From Paratractidigestivibacter sp. (lineage in GTDB: Bacteria; Bacillota_I; Bacilli_A; RF39; UBA660): a stretch of 36,984 nt of DNA. Below the pieces are notes generated by a model. It was not told the origin of the DNA and did no database searches. It worked only from the letters and a program-made list of their open reading frames with translations. The position numbers were made by a program, and so were the translations under genes. The stretch lies in contig CAVAWS010000063.1 in NCBI GenBank assembly GCA_963592455.1, positions 1 through 36,984 of the forward strand. Direction: 5' to 3'. Positions 25,413-35,709 of the stretch are shown here, piece after piece (position 1 is the first letter of the stretch; every line of letters starts with the position of its first letter).

Positions 25413-25745
25413 ATGGAAGCGAAAGCAATTGCGAAGACAGTTCGTATTTCCGCTTTAAAATCTCGTTTAGTTATGAGGTTAATAAACGGAAAAGACGTAA
25501 GTGAAGCTATGGCTATTTTAAATAACTTAAATAGCAAAGCTGCACGCGTTATAAAAAAAGTTTTAACATCAGCAGTAGCAAATGCTGAAAATAATCATAA
25601 TCTTGACGTAAGTAAATTATATGTTAAAGAAGCTTATGTTAATGATGGTCCAGTTCTTAAGAGATCTGTACCTGATTCAAGAGGAAGAATTGCAAGAAAC
25701 GATCACCGTACAAGTCATTTTACAGTGGTTGTAGCAGAAAGATAA
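25413..25745 (+). CDS. rplV: 50S ribosomal protein L22
   Basis: RISALKSRLVMRLINGK...EAYVNDGPVLKR...HRTSHFTVVV. Confidence 0.96.
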   Translation: MEAKAIAKTVRISALKSRLVMRLINGKDVSEAMAILNNLNSKAARVIKKVLTSAVANAENNHNLDVSKLYVKEAYVNDGPVLKRSVPDSRGRIARNDHRTSHFTVVVAER

Positions 25746-25763
25746 TATAAGGAGGAAAAACTA

Positions 25764-26438
25764 ATGGGTCAAAAAGTTAATCCTGCAGGTTTAAGACTTG
25801 GAATTAACAAGGATTGGACTGCTAAATGGTATGCAAAGGCTAATAATTTCTCTGACACTTTAAAAAACGATATGATAATTCGTAACTTTTTAGATAAGAA
25901 GTTAAAAAATGCTGCAGTATCTAAAGTAGTTATTGAAAGAAATAATAAAAAGACTGAGATTAAAATCAATACTGCTAAACCTGGTGTTGTAATTGGTCAT
26001 GGTGGAGAAGAAATTGAAAAGTTAAAGAAACAAATTAACAAGTTAGTAAACGAAGAAGTTCAAATTTCTATCGTTGAAATTAAAAATCCAGATATGGATG
26101 CTCAATTAGTTGCTAATAACATAGCAGCCCAAATAGAAAACAGAGGTTCATATCGTATGGCTCAAAAAAGAGCTATTAGAAATACAATGAGAGCAGGAGC
26201 TAAAGGTATCAAAACTTTATGTTCTGGTCGTTTAAACGGAGTAGAAATTGCTCGTAGCGAAGGTTATAATGAAGGTACTACACCTTTACATACTTTAAGA
26301 GCTGATATCGATTATGCAACAGCAGAAGCTGATACTACATATGGTAAAATCGGTGTAAAAGTATGGATATACAAAGGTGAAATACTTCCTTCAAAGAAAA
26401 AGGGAGGTGCTCGCGATGTTAATGCCAAAAAGAACTAA
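25764..26438 (+). CDS. rpsC: 30S ribosomal protein S3
   Basis: [13 protein letters not shown]...[16 protein letters not shown]...[12 protein letters not shown]. Confidence 0.97.
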   Translation: MGQKVNPAGLRLGINKDWTAKWYAKANNFSDTLKNDMIIRNFLDKKLKNAAVSKVVIERNNKKTEIKINTAKPGVVIGHGGEEIEKLKKQINKLVNEEVQISIVEIKNPDMDAQLVANNIAAQIENRGSYRMAQKRAIRNTMRAGAKGIKTLCSGRLNGVEIARSEGYNEGTTPLHTLRADIDYATAEADTTYGKIGVKVWIYKGEILPSKKKGGARDVNAKKN

Positions 26439-26847
26439 ATATCGTAAACCTCATAGAATTTATCATGAAGGAAAATCAAAAGGAAATACTGAATTACATT
26501 TTGGTGAATACGGTCTTCAAGCTAAAGAAGGTGCATGGATAACTGCACAACAAATTGAAGCTGCCCGTGTTGCCATGACAAGATATATGAAACGTGGTGG
26601 AAAAGTATATGTTAACATTTTCCCACATTTATCATTAACAAAGAAACCTTTAGAAACTAGACAAGGTAAAGGTAAAGGTAATCCTGATTCATGGGTTGCA
26701 GTTGTTAAAGAAGGAAAAATTATGTTTGAGGTATCTGGTATTTCAGAAGAAGTTGCTCGTGAAGCATTAAGACTTGCAATGCACAAGTTACCTATCAAAT
26801 GTAGATTTGTAAAAAAAGAATTAGGTGGTGAAGAAAATGAAGGTTAA
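26416..26847 (+). CDS. rplP: 50S ribosomal protein L16
   Basis: [14 protein letters not shown]...[24 protein letters not shown] 26416 lies 6 nt after GGGAGGTG and overlaps rpsC by 23 nt. Confidence 0.96.
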   Translation: MLMPKRTKYRKPHRIYHEGKSKGNTELHFGEYGLQAKEGAWITAQQIEAARVAMTRYMKRGGKVYVNIFPHLSLTKKPLETRQGKGKGNPDSWVAVVKEGKIMFEVSGISEEVAREALRLAMHKLPIKCRFVKKELGGEENEG

Positions 26848-27028
26848 AGAAATAAGAGAGTTAACCACTGAAGAAATTATTTCAAAAATTGCTGAAAGTA
26901 AGGAAGAAATATTTAATTTACGTATGCAACAAGCTACCGGAAATTTAGAAAAACCTTCAAGAATAAAAGAATTACGTAAGGATGTAGCAAGAATGAAAAC
27001 TATACTTGCTGAACGTAAGGAGGGTTAA
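26837..27028 (+). CDS. rpmC: 50S ribosomal protein L29
   Basis: [14 protein letters not shown]...[28 protein letters not shown]. Confidence 0.95.
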   Translation: MKVKEIRELTTEEIISKIAESKEEIFNLRMQQATGNLEKPSRIKELRKDVARMKTILAERKEG

Positions 27029-27029
27029 T

Positions 27030-27290
27030 ATGGAAAAAGGTAAAAGACATGAAATAATTGGTAAAGTTGTAAGTGCTAAAAATGATAAAACAATTACAAT
27101 TTTAGTTGAAACTAAGAAAAAAGATGATAAATATGGAAAACGTATTTCATCTTCAAAGAAATATACTGCACATGACGAAGAAAATAAAGCTAAAGAAGGC
27201 GATATCGTTAAAGTAGTAGAAACTAAACCATTATCAAAAACAAAAAGATATAACTTAGTAGAAATAGTTGAAGAAGCCGTAATTTTATAG
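27030..27290 (+). CDS. rpsQ: 30S ribosomal protein S17
   Basis: [17 protein letters not shown]...[17 protein letters not shown]...PLSKTKR. RBS AAGGAGGG. Confidence 0.95.
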   Translation: MEKGKRHEIIGKVVSAKNDKTITILVETKKKDDKYGKRISSSKKYTAHDEENKAKEGDIVKVVETKPLSKTKRYNLVEIVEEAVIL

Positions 27291-27319
27291 GCACTTTACA
27301 ATAAAGAAGGAGGATTATT

Positions 27320-27688
27320 ATGATTCAACAACAAAGTCGTTTAAAAGTTGCTGATAATACTGGTGCTCGTGAACTAATGGTTATTAGAGTCCTAGGTGGA
27401 AGCAAAGTAAAAGCTGGTAATATTGGCGATGTCGTAGTTGGAACAGTAAAAAAAGCAACTCCAAATGGTAATATATCAAGCGGTAAAGTCGTAAAAGCGG
27501 TTATCGTTAGAAGCAAATTTGGAGTGCGCAGAGATGATGGGTCTTATATTAAATTTGATGATAATGCTTGCGTTATTATTAAAGATGATAAGACTCCAGT
27601 TGGAACAAGAGTATTAGGTCCAGTAGCACGCGAATTACGTGATAAGGATTTCATGAAAATCGTATCTTTAGCAAAAGAAGTGTTATAG
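27320..27688 (+). CDS. rplN: 50S ribosomal protein L14
   Basis: [18 protein letters not shown]...GPVARELR. Confidence 0.98.
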   Translation: MIQQQSRLKVADNTGARELMVIRVLGGSKVKAGNIGDVVVGTVKKATPNGNISSGKVVKAVIVRSKFGVRRDDGSYIKFDDNACVIIKDDKTPVGTRVLGPVARELRDKDFMKIVSLAKEVL

Positions 27689-27709
27689 GCCTTTTAAGGA
27701 GGATAAATC

Positions 27710-28015
27710 ATGAATTTAAAAGTTGGAGATAAAGTACGTGTTATTGCTGGTAAGGACAAAGGTAAAGAAGGAAAGATCATTGGTAAAAAGAATGATAGAG
27801 TTTTAGTTGAAGGAATTAACATGGTAAAAAAACATGTTAAACCTAATGGACAAGACCAAAATGGTGGAATTGTTGAAAAAGAAAGCTTAATTCATGTATC
27901 TAACGTAATGATTATTGATCCTAGTACAAAAAAACCTACTAGAATATCACACGAAATAAATAAAGATGGAAAAAAAGTTAGAATTTCTAGCAAGTCAAAA
28001 AATAAATTAGACTAA
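27710..28015 (+). CDS. rplX: 50S ribosomal protein L24
   Basis: [20 protein letters not shown], a KOW motif. Confidence 0.96.
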   Translation: MNLKVGDKVRVIAGKDKGKEGKIIGKKNDRVLVEGINMVKKHVKPNGQDQNGGIVEKESLIHVSNVMIIDPSTKKPTRISHEINKDGKKVRISSKSKNKLD

Positions 28016-28032
28016 CCTGAAAGGAGGTAACT

Positions 28033-28572
28033 ATGAACAGTTTAAAAAAACAATATCAAGAAGAAATAATTCCTGAATTAACAAAAAAATACAATTATAC
28101 TACTGTCATGGCTGTACCAAAGCTAGAAAAGATCGTAGTTAATATGGGTGTTGGAGATGCAACAACAAATAGTAAATTAATGGATGCAGCAGTATCTGAC
28201 TTAGAAAAAATAACAGGTGCTAAACCAGTTATAACTAAAGCTAAGAAATCAGTAGCTGGATTCAAAATAAGACAAGGTCAAGCTATCGGATGTAAAGTTA
28301 CTCTAAGAGGAGAAGCTATGTATACATTCTTAGAAAAACTAGTTAGAATCGCATTACCAAGTGTACGTGATTTTAGAGGTATTTCTAATAAAGCATTTGA
28401 CGGAAGAGGTAATTATACTTTAGGAATTAAAGAACAAATTATATTCCCAGAGATAGTTTATGATGAAATCGTAAAAGTACGTGGAATGGACATTGTTTTT
28501 GTTACAACAGCAGAAACTAATGAAGAAGCGTTAGACTTATTAAAGGGATTCGGATTACCTTTTAAAAAGTAA
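28033..28572 (+). CDS. rplE: 50S ribosomal protein L5
   Basis: [14 protein letters not shown]...[11 protein letters not shown]...RDFRGI...[19 protein letters not shown]. Confidence 0.97.
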   Translation: MNSLKKQYQEEIIPELTKKYNYTTVMAVPKLEKIVVNMGVGDATTNSKLMDAAVSDLEKITGAKPVITKAKKSVAGFKIRQGQAIGCKVTLRGEAMYTFLEKLVRIALPSVRDFRGISNKAFDGRGNYTLGIKEQIIFPEIVYDEIVKVRGMDIVFVTTAETNEEALDLLKGFGLPFKK

Positions 28573-28588
28573 GCAAATAGGAGGAATA

Positions 28589-28774
28589 ATGGCAAAGAAA
28601 AGTATGGTCGTAAAACAACAAAGACCAAAGAAATTTAAAGTTCAAGAATATACTCGTTGCAATAGATGTGGTCGTCCACATTCAGTAATGAAAAAATTTG
28701 GTATCTGCCGTATTTGCTTTAGAGAACTAGCATACAAAGGTGAAATTCCTGGTGTTAGAAAGTCAAGTTGGTAA
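28589..28774 (+). CDS. rpsN: 30S ribosomal protein S14, type Z (zinc form)
   Basis: 61 aa with CNRCGRP...CRICFRE (CxxC...CxxC), ending KSSW. Confidence 0.96.
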   Translation: MAKKSMVVKQQRPKKFKVQEYTRCNRCGRPHSVMKKFGICRICFRELAYKGEIPGVRKSSW

Positions 28775-28803
28775 GATAATAGATACAAGAAGGGAGGATT
28801 CAT

Positions 28804-29202
28804 ATGACAGTAACAGATCCAATCGCAGATATGCTTACGCGTATTCGTAATGCAAATCAAATGCGTTATAATGAAGTAGTAGTTCCTTCATCAAAAATAA
28901 AGTTAGAAATAGCTAGTATTATGAAAGAAGAAGGATACATCACTGGTTATAAAGTTGAAAAAGGTGAGGTTCAAGATAATATAATTATTACATTAAAATA
29001 TGGAAAAAATAAAGAAAGAGTAATATCTGGATTAAAGAGAATATCTAAACCAGGTTTACGTGTATATGCTAAAGCAGAAGAAATTCCAACTGTATTAAAC
29101 GGACTTGGAATATCTATTATATCTACATCAAAGGGTATTATAACTGGCAAAGAAGCTAGAAAAGAAAACCTTGGTGGAGAGGTTTTAGCTTATATATGGT
29201 AA
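28804..29202 (+). CDS. rpsH: 30S ribosomal protein S8
   Basis: [17 protein letters not shown]...GGEVLAYIW. Confidence 0.97.
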   Translation: MTVTDPIADMLTRIRNANQMRYNEVVVPSSKIKLEIASIMKEEGYITGYKVEKGEVQDNIIITLKYGKNKERVISGLKRISKPGLRVYAKAEEIPTVLNGLGISIISTSKGIITGKEARKENLGGEVLAYIW

Positions 29203-29226
29203 TTCAAAGAAGGGAGCTAAAATAAG

Positions 29227-29766
29227 ATGAGTCGTATTGGTAATAGAGTTTTAGTAATACCAGAAGGTGTTACTGTAACTAACGAAAATGGATGCATCAC
29301 TGTTAAAGGACCTAAAGGAGAATTATCATATAACTTAACAGATAAAATTAACGTTATAGTTTCAGATAACGAAGTTAAGGTTACTAGAGATAGTGAAGTA
29401 AAAAATGTTAAACAAATGCATGGTACTACAAACAGTTTAATTGAAAATATGATTGAGGGTGTATCTAAAGGATTTGAAAAAGGTTTAGAGATATATGGTG
29501 TTGGATACCGTTTCAATTTAAAAGGTAAAGTACTAGAAGTAAATGCTGGTTTTTCACACAAGGTTGAACTTGAGATACCAGAAGGATTAACTGTTGAAAG
29601 TATTAGTACAACAGAAATAGTTGTAAAAGGAATAGATAAGCAAGCAGTAGGTGAGTTTGCTGCTGAAATTAGAGAAGTTAGAAAACCAGAACCATATAAA
29701 GGTAAAGGAATTCATTACAAAGGTGAACATATTCGCCGTAAAGAAGGTAAGAAGGCTTCTAAATAA
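29227..29766 (+). CDS. rplF: 50S ribosomal protein L6
   Basis: MSRIGNRVLVIPEGV...VKGPKGEL...GVGYRF...PEPYKGKGI. Confidence 0.97.
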   Translation: MSRIGNRVLVIPEGVTVTNENGCITVKGPKGELSYNLTDKINVIVSDNEVKVTRDSEVKNVKQMHGTTNSLIENMIEGVSKGFEKGLEIYGVGYRFNLKGKVLEVNAGFSHKVELEIPEGLTVESISTTEIVVKGIDKQAVGEFAAEIREVRKPEPYKGKGIHYKGEHIRRKEGKKASK

Positions 29767-29787
29767 TAGGAAAGGGAGATTATTACA

Positions 29788-30150
29788 ATGATTAAAAAGA
29801 CATCACGTAATGAAGCTCGTAAAGCTAGACACACTAGAATAAGAAAAAGAGTTAGTGGAACTAGTGAGTTACCAAGATTATGCGTATTTAGATCTTTAAA
29901 GAACATTAGTGCTCAAATAATTGATGATGAAAAAGGTGTTACTTTAGTAAGTGCATCATCACTTGATAAGGATTTAAAAATCAATAATGGTGGTAACGTA
30001 GAAGCAAGTAAGCTTGTAGGAGCTGAAATTGCAAAAAAAGCAAAAAAAGCAAAAATAACAAAAGTAGTATTCGACAGAGGAGGATACTTATATCATGGTC
30101 GTGTTCAAGCATTAGCTGATGCTGCACGTGAAAATGGTTTAGAATTCTAA
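29788..30150 (+). CDS. rplR: 50S ribosomal protein L18
   Basis: [15 protein letters not shown]...[18 protein letters not shown]...[27 protein letters not shown]. Confidence 0.97.
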   Translation: MIKKTSRNEARKARHTRIRKRVSGTSELPRLCVFRSLKNISAQIIDDEKGVTLVSASSLDKDLKINNGGNVEASKLVGAEIAKKAKKAKITKVVFDRGGYLYHGRVQALADAARENGLEF

Positions 30151-30162
30151 AGGAGGATAACG

Positions 30163-30672
30163 ATGGAAAGAAAATATAACAAGCCACGCGAAAAAGAGTA
30201 TAACGAAACTGTTATAGCTGTTAATCGTGTTACAAAAGTTAATAAAGGTGGACGTCGTCTTCGTTTCGCAGCAACTGTTGCAGTTGGTGATGGAAAAGGT
30301 AAAGTTGGTCTTGGAACTGGTAAAGCAAATGAAGTTCAAGATGCTATCAAAAAAGCATCACAAGATGCAACTAATAATGTTATAAAGATTGATTTAGTTG
30401 AAAATAGAACTATTTCTCATGACATCATCGGTAAAGCTGGTGCTGCAAAAGTTTTAGTTAAACCTGCTAAAGCTGGTAGTGGTATCGTTGCTGGAGGAGC
30501 TGTTCGTGCTATTCTTGAATTAGCAGGAGTAAAAGATATCATTTCAAAATCACTTGGATCAAATACACAAATTAATACCGCAAGAGCTACTATTGATGCT
30601 TTAAAAAATCAAAAGTCAGCAGAACATATTGCTGAGTTAAGAGGAAAATCTGTAGAGGAGATTTTAGGATAA
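30163..30672 (+). CDS. rpsE: 30S ribosomal protein S5
   Basis: [39 protein letters not shown]...[22 protein letters not shown]. Confidence 0.97.
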   Translation: MERKYNKPREKEYNETVIAVNRVTKVNKGGRRLRFAATVAVGDGKGKVGLGTGKANEVQDAIKKASQDATNNVIKIDLVENRTISHDIIGKAGAAKVLVKPAKAGSGIVAGGAVRAILELAGVKDIISKSLGSNTQINTARATIDALKNQKSAEHIAELRGKSVEEILG

Positions 30673-31115
30673 TGAAATTACATGAATTAAAATATAATGA
30701 AGGATCTAAAAAAGCAATAAAAAGAGTAGGTCGTGGACCAAGTAGCGGTACAGGTAAAACAAGTGGTAGAGGACAAAATGGACAAAACGCTAGAAGTGGT
30801 GGTGGAGTAAGTGCTGTGTTTGAAGGTGGACAATTACCTTTATACAGAAGATTACCAAAACGTGGATTTTCTAACGCAATGTTTAAAAAAGTATATGCAG
30901 TTATTAACGTATCAGATTTAAACGTATTTGAAGATGGTACTGAAGTAACTCCAGAATTATTATTTGAAATGGGAATAATAAAGAAACAATTATCTGGAAT
31001 TAAAGTTTTAGGTAATGGTGAATTAGAAAAGAAATTAAATGTTAAAGCACATAAATTTTCAGATGTTGCTAAACAAAAAATAGAAGCTGCAGGTGGAAAA
31101 GCTGAGGTGATGTAA
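30672..31115 (+). CDS. rplO: 50S ribosomal protein L15
   Basis: [12 protein letters not shown]...[32 protein letters not shown] overlap with rpsE, so there is no rpmD in between. Confidence 0.97.
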   Translation: MKLHELKYNEGSKKAIKRVGRGPSSGTGKTSGRGQNGQNARSGGGVSAVFEGGQLPLYRRLPKRGFSNAMFKKVYAVINVSDLNVFEDGTEVTPELLFEMGIIKKQLSGIKVLGNGELEKKLNVKAHKFSDVAKQKIEAAGGKAEVM

Positions 31116-31116
31116 G

Positions 31117-32388
31117 ATGTTTAAAAATCTTAAGCAAATTTTTTCTGCCAGAAACAAGGATATAAGAAATAAAATATTATTTACGCTTCTAATATTATTT
31201 ATATATAAAATTGGAACAACTATTCGAGTTCCTGGAACGGAAGATATAACTCAAGATTTAGGATTTTTAGAATTACTAAACGTTATGAGTGGTGGTTCTT
31301 TAAGAAATTTCTCTATTTTTGCATTAGGTGTTACACCATATATTAGTGCATCAATTATAGTACAATTACTTCAAATGGACATAGTTCCTTACTTTTCAAA
31401 TTTAGCAAAAGAAGGATATACTGGAAGAGTTAAGTTAAATAAGATAACTAGATATCTTGGAATAGCATTAGCGTTTTTACAAGGATTAGTTATGTCTTAC
31501 TCATTCTTAGGTTCAAGTTCAACAGCATATAATTACTTAAGTGTAACTGTTATCTTAACAGCAGGAACTTGTTTCTTGTTATGGTTAGGAGATCAAATTA
31601 CAAGAAAAGGTGTTGGTAATGGCATTTCATTATTAATCTTAGCTGGTATTTTGATTAGTACACCAAGTATGATGGTTGATGCATTTGGATCATTTGTAAC
31701 TACTGGAACTACTCAAGAAGTAGCTCTTGGAGTAACTAAGTTCATATTGTTTGTATTAGTATATGTAGCAATAATAATTGGAGTAGTATTTATAGAGAAA
31801 ACAGAGAGAAGAATACCTATTCAGTATTCAAATAGAACAACTACTGCTTATAGTGGTAACCAAACTTATATACCTTTTAAATTAAATTCAGCAGGTGTTA
31901 TGCCAGTAATATTTGCATCGAGTTTAATATCAATTCCATCTTTGATAGCAAGTTTATTAAAGAATAACTCATTTTCATTATTTGTTAATAAATATATAAA
32001 TTATACTCAACCAACAGGTTTTGTACTTTATGTGTTATTAATAATATTATTTACTTATTTATATACTTTCATGGCAACAGGTTTAAAACCTAAAGAGCTA
32101 TCTGAAAATTTGAATAAGCAAGGTGGTTATATTCCAGGAATTAGACCTGGAACAGAAACTAAGAAGTATATTAGTACAGTGCTAGCAAGGGTTACATTCT
32201 TGGGAGCAATATTCTTAATAGTTATAGCAGGCTTACCAATACTTGTTTCTAATTTTAGTAGTTTACCTACAACTGTAACAGTAGGTGGTACTGGATTATT
32301 AATCGTTGTTGGTGTAGCACTTGAAACATATAACCAAATAGAAAGTAGTTTGGAAGCTAGAAAGTATGAAAGGGGATATAGAAGATAA
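31117..32388 (+). CDS. secY: preprotein translocase subunit SecY
   Basis: 423 aa, 10 TM: IFALGVTPYISASIIVQLLQ, LWLGDQITRKGVGNGISLLI, GGYIPGIRPGTET. Confidence 0.97.
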   Translation: MFKNLKQIFSARNKDIRNKILFTLLILFIYKIGTTIRVPGTEDITQDLGFLELLNVMSGGSLRNFSIFALGVTPYISASIIVQLLQMDIVPYFSNLAKEGYTGRVKLNKITRYLGIALAFLQGLVMSYSFLGSSSTAYNYLSVTVILTAGTCFLLWLGDQITRKGVGNGISLLILAGILISTPSMMVDAFGSFVTTGTTQEVALGVTKFILFVLVYVAIIIGVVFIEKTERRIPIQYSNRTTTAYSGNQTYIPFKLNSAGVMPVIFASSLISIPSLIASLLKNNSFSLFVNKYINYTQPTGFVLYVLLIILFTYLYTFMATGLKPKELSENLNKQGGYIPGIRPGTETKKYISTVLARVTFLGAIFLIVIAGLPILVSNFSSLPTTVTVGGTGLLIVVGVALETYNQIESSLEARKYERGYRR

Positions 32389-33041
32389 TGAAAAACATAA
32401 TATTTTTAGCACCGCCAGCAGCTGGTAAAGGTACTTTATCAGAAATGCTTGTGGAAAAATTTGGATATGGTCACATATCAACAGGCGACTTATTAAGAGA
32501 AGAAGTTGCTAAAAAGTCTGAGCTAGGATTAGAAGCAGAAGGACTTATGAAAGCTGGTAAATATGTACCAGATGAATTAATTATAAAATTAATTGAAAAT
32601 CGTATAGTTGAACCTGATTGTGAAAATGGTTATATATTAGATGGTTTCCCAAGAACTAAGGTTCAAGCTGAAAAATATGATGAGTTATTAAGTAAACTTA
32701 ACAAAGATTTAGGTATAGTAATATATATTGAAATAGATAAAGACATGGCTATGAAAAGAGCTTGCTCTAGAATTACATGTCCAAAATGTGGTAGAATATA
32801 TAACAAATATTCTGAGGAAATGAAACCAAAAGTTGATAACATGTGTGATGATTGTAATGTTAGTTTAACATCAAGATCAGATGATAGTGAGGAAACTTTT
32901 GCTAAAAGATTTGATGAATATATAGAAAAGACTATGCCTTTGTATGATTATTATAAAAATAAAGGTGTATTAAAAACAATTAAGGCTAGCAAGAGTAAGT
33001 ATGAAACTTTTGAAGATGCCTTAAAGGTTTTAGAACAATAA
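32388..33041 (+). CDS. adk: adenylate kinase (4-Cys zinc lid)
   Basis: P-loop APPAAGKGT, ILDGFPRT, lid CPKCGRIYN...CDDCNVSLTSRSDD. Confidence 0.95.
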   Translation: MKNIIFLAPPAAGKGTLSEMLVEKFGYGHISTGDLLREEVAKKSELGLEAEGLMKAGKYVPDELIIKLIENRIVEPDCENGYILDGFPRTKVQAEKYDELLSKLNKDLGIVIYIEIDKDMAMKRACSRITCPKCGRIYNKYSEEMKPKVDNMCDDCNVSLTSRSDDSEETFAKRFDEYIEKTMPLYDYYKNKGVLKTIKASKSKYETFEDALKVLEQ

Positions 33042-33106
33042 TTTTAATTTACTTGTTTACAAAAATTAAAATTAAAGAGTTGATATCATATCTTTATGAT
33101 ATGTGA
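33039..33106 (+). repeat. two inverted repeats in the adk-infA spacer
   Basis: TAATTTTAATTT (33039-33050) / AAATTAAAATTA (33063-33074), a perfect AT-only 12-mer, with inner TTGT/ACAA pairing. Second hairpin is ATATCAT (33083-33089) / ATGATAT (33096-33102). Neither is followed by a U-tract. Confidence 0.4.
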
Positions 33107-33148
33107 ACTTAAAATTTAATATCAGATATTAACGGGAGAGTGATTTAA

Positions 33149-33364
33149 GTGGCAAAGGAAGATGTTATTGAAGTTGAAGGTAAGGTTGTAGAGCTATTGA
33201 AAGGTGGAGACTTTAAGGTTCAACTTGAAAATGGACACACTGTAGATGCTCGCGTTTCTGGTAAAATGCGAATGAACAAGATTCGTATCTTACCAGGTGA
33301 TACAGTGGTAATGGAGATATCAACTTATGACTTAACACGTGGGCGTATAACCTATAGAAAATGA
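33149..33364 (+). CDS. infA: translation initiation factor IF-1
   Basis: GTG start, [14 protein letters not shown]...[23 protein letters not shown]...[20 protein letters not shown]. Confidence 0.96.
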   Translation: MAKEDVIEVEGKVVELLKGGDFKVQLENGHTVDARVSGKMRMNKIRILPGDTVVMEISTYDLTRGRITYRK

Positions 33365-33379
33365 TAGGAGGAATAAAAG

Positions 33380-33493
33380 ATGAAAGTTAGACCATCAGTA
33401 AAGAAAATTTGTGACAAATGTAAAATAATAAGAAGAAATGGGAAAGTAATGGTTATTTGCGAAAACCCAAAACATAAACAAAGACAAGGATAA
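33380..33493 (+). CDS. rpmJ: 50S ribosomal protein L36 (zinc form); missing from the supplied ORF track
   Basis: My own translation gives [37 protein letters not shown], then stop at 33491-33493. RBS TAGGAGGA at 33365-33372. Confidence 0.95.
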   Translation: MKVRPSVKKICDKCKIIRRNGKVMVICENPKHKQRQG

Positions 33494-33509
33494 TCGGAGG
33501 TGAAGATTA

Positions 33510-33875
33510 ATGGCACGTATTAAAGGCGTTGATTTACCAGATAATAAAAGAGTTGAAATCGGCTTAACTTATATTCATGGTATAGGAAGAAAATTATCTA
33601 GACAAATATTAAAGAAATTAGACATAAATCTTGATACTAAGGTTAAAGATTTAAATGAAACTGAAACTGCAGCTATTCGTAAAGAATTAGATAATCACTT
33701 ATTAGAAGGTGATTTAAGAAGAGAAGTTTCAATGAATATTAAAACTAAAAAAGAAATAGGAAGCTATGAAGGAATGCGTCATCGTAAAGGGTTACCTGTA
33801 AGAGGACAAAAAACAAGAAGTAATGCTAAAACTCGTAAGGGTAGAGGTAAAGTAGTAGCTAACAAGAAGAAGTAG
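33510..33875 (+). CDS. rpsM: 30S ribosomal protein S13
   Basis: [26 protein letters not shown]...[26 protein letters not shown]. Confidence 0.97.
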   Translation: MARIKGVDLPDNKRVEIGLTYIHGIGRKLSRQILKKLDINLDTKVKDLNETETAAIRKELDNHLLEGDLRREVSMNIKTKKEIGSYEGMRHRKGLPVRGQKTRSNAKTRKGRGKVVANKKK

Positions 33876-33894
33876 GAAAAAAGGAGGGTAACAT

Positions 33895-34278
33895 ATGGCT
33901 TATAAAGCAAGAAAACGTAAGGTTAAAAAGAATATACCTGAAGGTGTTGCACATATTCATTCAACATTTAATAATACAATTGTAACTATTACAGATAATG
34001 ATGGTAATGCAGTAGCATGGGCATCAAGTGGAACTTCTGGATTTAAAGGAAGTAAGAAAAAAACACCATATGCAGCTGGTATGAGTGCTGAAGCAGCAGG
34101 AAAAGCAGCATATGATGCTGGTATGAGAAAAGTATCTGTATCATGTAAAGGATTAGGATCAGGTCGTGAAACTGCAATACGTTCGTTACAAGCAGCAGGA
34201 TTAGAAATTACTGCAATAACTGACGTAACACCAGTACCACACAATGGTTGTCGTCCACCAAAACGTCCACGTGGATAA
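33895..34278 (+). CDS. rpsK: 30S ribosomal protein S11
   Basis: [18 protein letters not shown]...[13 protein letters not shown]...[17 protein letters not shown]. Confidence 0.97.
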   Translation: MAYKARKRKVKKNIPEGVAHIHSTFNNTIVTITDNDGNAVAWASSGTSGFKGSKKKTPYAAGMSAEAAGKAAYDAGMRKVSVSCKGLGSGRETAIRSLQAAGLEITAITDVTPVPHNGCRPPKRPRG

Positions 34279-34302
34279 TATACAAGCAAGGGAGTGAATT
34301 TC

Positions 34303-35253
34303 ATGATAAAATTTGAAAAACCACAATTTAAAGTAACTGAGTACGTAGAAGATAGAAACTATGGAAAATTTGAAATCGAACCTTTAGAAAGAGGTTTTGG
34401 TACAACTTTAGGAAATGCTCTTAGAAGAGTAATGTTATCATCATTACCTGGAGATGCTATAAATAGTGTACATATCGATGGAGTATTACATGAGTTTGAA
34501 ACAATTAATGGTGTAGTAGAAGACGTTACTGGAATAATTTTAAATTTAAAGAACGTAGTTATTAAAAACCATACTACTGAACCAAAAACTATAAAGTTAA
34601 ACACTGATAAAGAAGGTGTTGTAACAGCAACTGATATTGAAAAAGATGCTGATATTGAAATTATAAACCCTGAGCAAGAAATTGCTACAATAGTTAAGGG
34701 TGGAAAATTAAACATGGAAATGACTGTTGGTAATGGTCGTGGATATGTTAGAGCAGAAGAAATTAAGAAAACTCTTAAGGATGTTAAGGTTAATACAATA
34801 GCTATGGATGCTGATTATTCTCCTATTGAAAGAGTTAATTATGAAGTAGAAGCTGCTCGTGTTGGTCAAGATGATTCATATGATAAATTAACTATGGAAG
34901 TATGGACAAATGGATCAATGAAACCTGAAGAAGCTATATCTTTAGCATCTAGAATAATTATTGAGCATTTTGAAATTCTAACTAAGTTAGATGAAATTGG
35001 TGATGAAACTGGTCTTATGAAACAAAATGTTGATGATTCTAAAACTAAGGCTTTAGAAATGTCAATTGATGAGTTAGAATTCTCTGTTAGAGCTTATAAT
35101 TGCTTAAAAAGAGCAAATATTAATACTTTACAAGATTTAACTGAAAAATCAGAAAATGAAATGATGAAAATTCGTAACTTAGGTAAGAAATCTCTTAAAG
35201 AAGTTATTGATAAAGTAAAAGAAATGGGATTTTCTTTTAGAAACGATGATTAA
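34303..35253 (+). CDS. rpoA: DNA-directed RNA polymerase subunit alpha
   Basis: MIKFEKPQFKV...GKFEIEPLERGFGTTLGNALRRVMLSSLPG...ELEFSVRAYNCLKRANINTLQDL...IRNLGKKSLKEV. ATG 34303 follows GGGAG; the ORF-track GTG 34294 is less likely. Confidence 0.96.
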   Translation: MIKFEKPQFKVTEYVEDRNYGKFEIEPLERGFGTTLGNALRRVMLSSLPGDAINSVHIDGVLHEFETINGVVEDVTGIILNLKNVVIKNHTTEPKTIKLNTDKEGVVTATDIEKDADIEIINPEQEIATIVKGGKLNMEMTVGNGRGYVRAEEIKKTLKDVKVNTIAMDADYSPIERVNYEVEAARVGQDDSYDKLTMEVWTNGSMKPEEAISLASRIIIEHFEILTKLDEIGDETGLMKQNVDDSKTKALEMSIDELEFSVRAYNCLKRANINTLQDLTEKSENEMMKIRNLGKKSLKEVIDKVKEMGFSFRNDD

Positions 35254-35274
35254 GATAAGTAAGGAGGAAAAAAT

Positions 35275-35619
35275 ATGGCATATAGAAAATTAGGACGTAC
35301 TAACAAACATAGAAGAGCTATGTTAGCTAATTTAACAAAAGACCTAATTAAGAATGAACGTATCGAAACTACTGAGACTCGTGCTAAAGAAGTACGTAAA
35401 TGCTTTGATAAAATGGTTACTTATGGAAAAAATGGTAGCTTAGTAGCTAGACGTAATGCACTTGCTTTCTTACATAACGATAAAGAAGCAGTAACAAAAG
35501 TATTTGATACACTTGCAAAACGTTATGAAAATAGAAATGGTGGATATACAAGAATATTAAAACTAACTGAAAGAAAAGGCGACGATGCTTTAATGGTTGT
35601 CTTAGAATTAGTAGATTAA
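35275..35619 (+). CDS. rplQ: 50S ribosomal protein L17
   Basis: [20 protein letters not shown]...[11 protein letters not shown]...[10 protein letters not shown]. Confidence 0.97.
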   Translation: MAYRKLGRTNKHRRAMLANLTKDLIKNERIETTETRAKEVRKCFDKMVTYGKNGSLVARRNALAFLHNDKEAVTKVFDTLAKRYENRNGGYTRILKLTERKGDDALMVVLELVD

Positions 35620-35626
35620 TAAATTT

Positions 35627-35656
35627 AAAAGTACATTAGTGTACTTTTTGTTTTTA
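35627..35656 (+). terminator. rho-independent terminator of the alpha operon
   Basis: AAAAGTACA (35627-35635) / TGTACTTTT (35640-35648), TTAG loop, then TGTTTTT. Confidence 0.75.
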
Positions 35657-35709
35657 TATAAGAAAGTGTTTTTTTAACAATTTTATGGTACAATGATAAA
35701 GGTGATAAT

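Noticed and set aside
32388-32430. The Adk P-loop reads APPAAGKGT instead of the usual GxPGxGKGT.
   Set aside because: It still satisfies the general Walker A pattern [AG]x4GK[ST], and the rest of the enzyme, including the zinc lid, is intact. It is probably a functional lineage variant, and the evidence is insufficient to flag it.
33957-34304. Minus-strand ORFs antisense to ribosomal and rpoA genes: 22988..23179, 23697..23936, 24254..24472, 25769..25969, 26517..26798, 27325..27516, 28642..28860, 29217..29561, 29715..29906, 29981..30187, 30139..30339, 32299..32481, 33957..34304 and 34359..34715.
   Set aside because: They overlap universally conserved plus-strand genes and have no start-site signals or recognisable motifs. 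Long antisense frames opposite highly expressed genes with biased codon usage are a known artefact.
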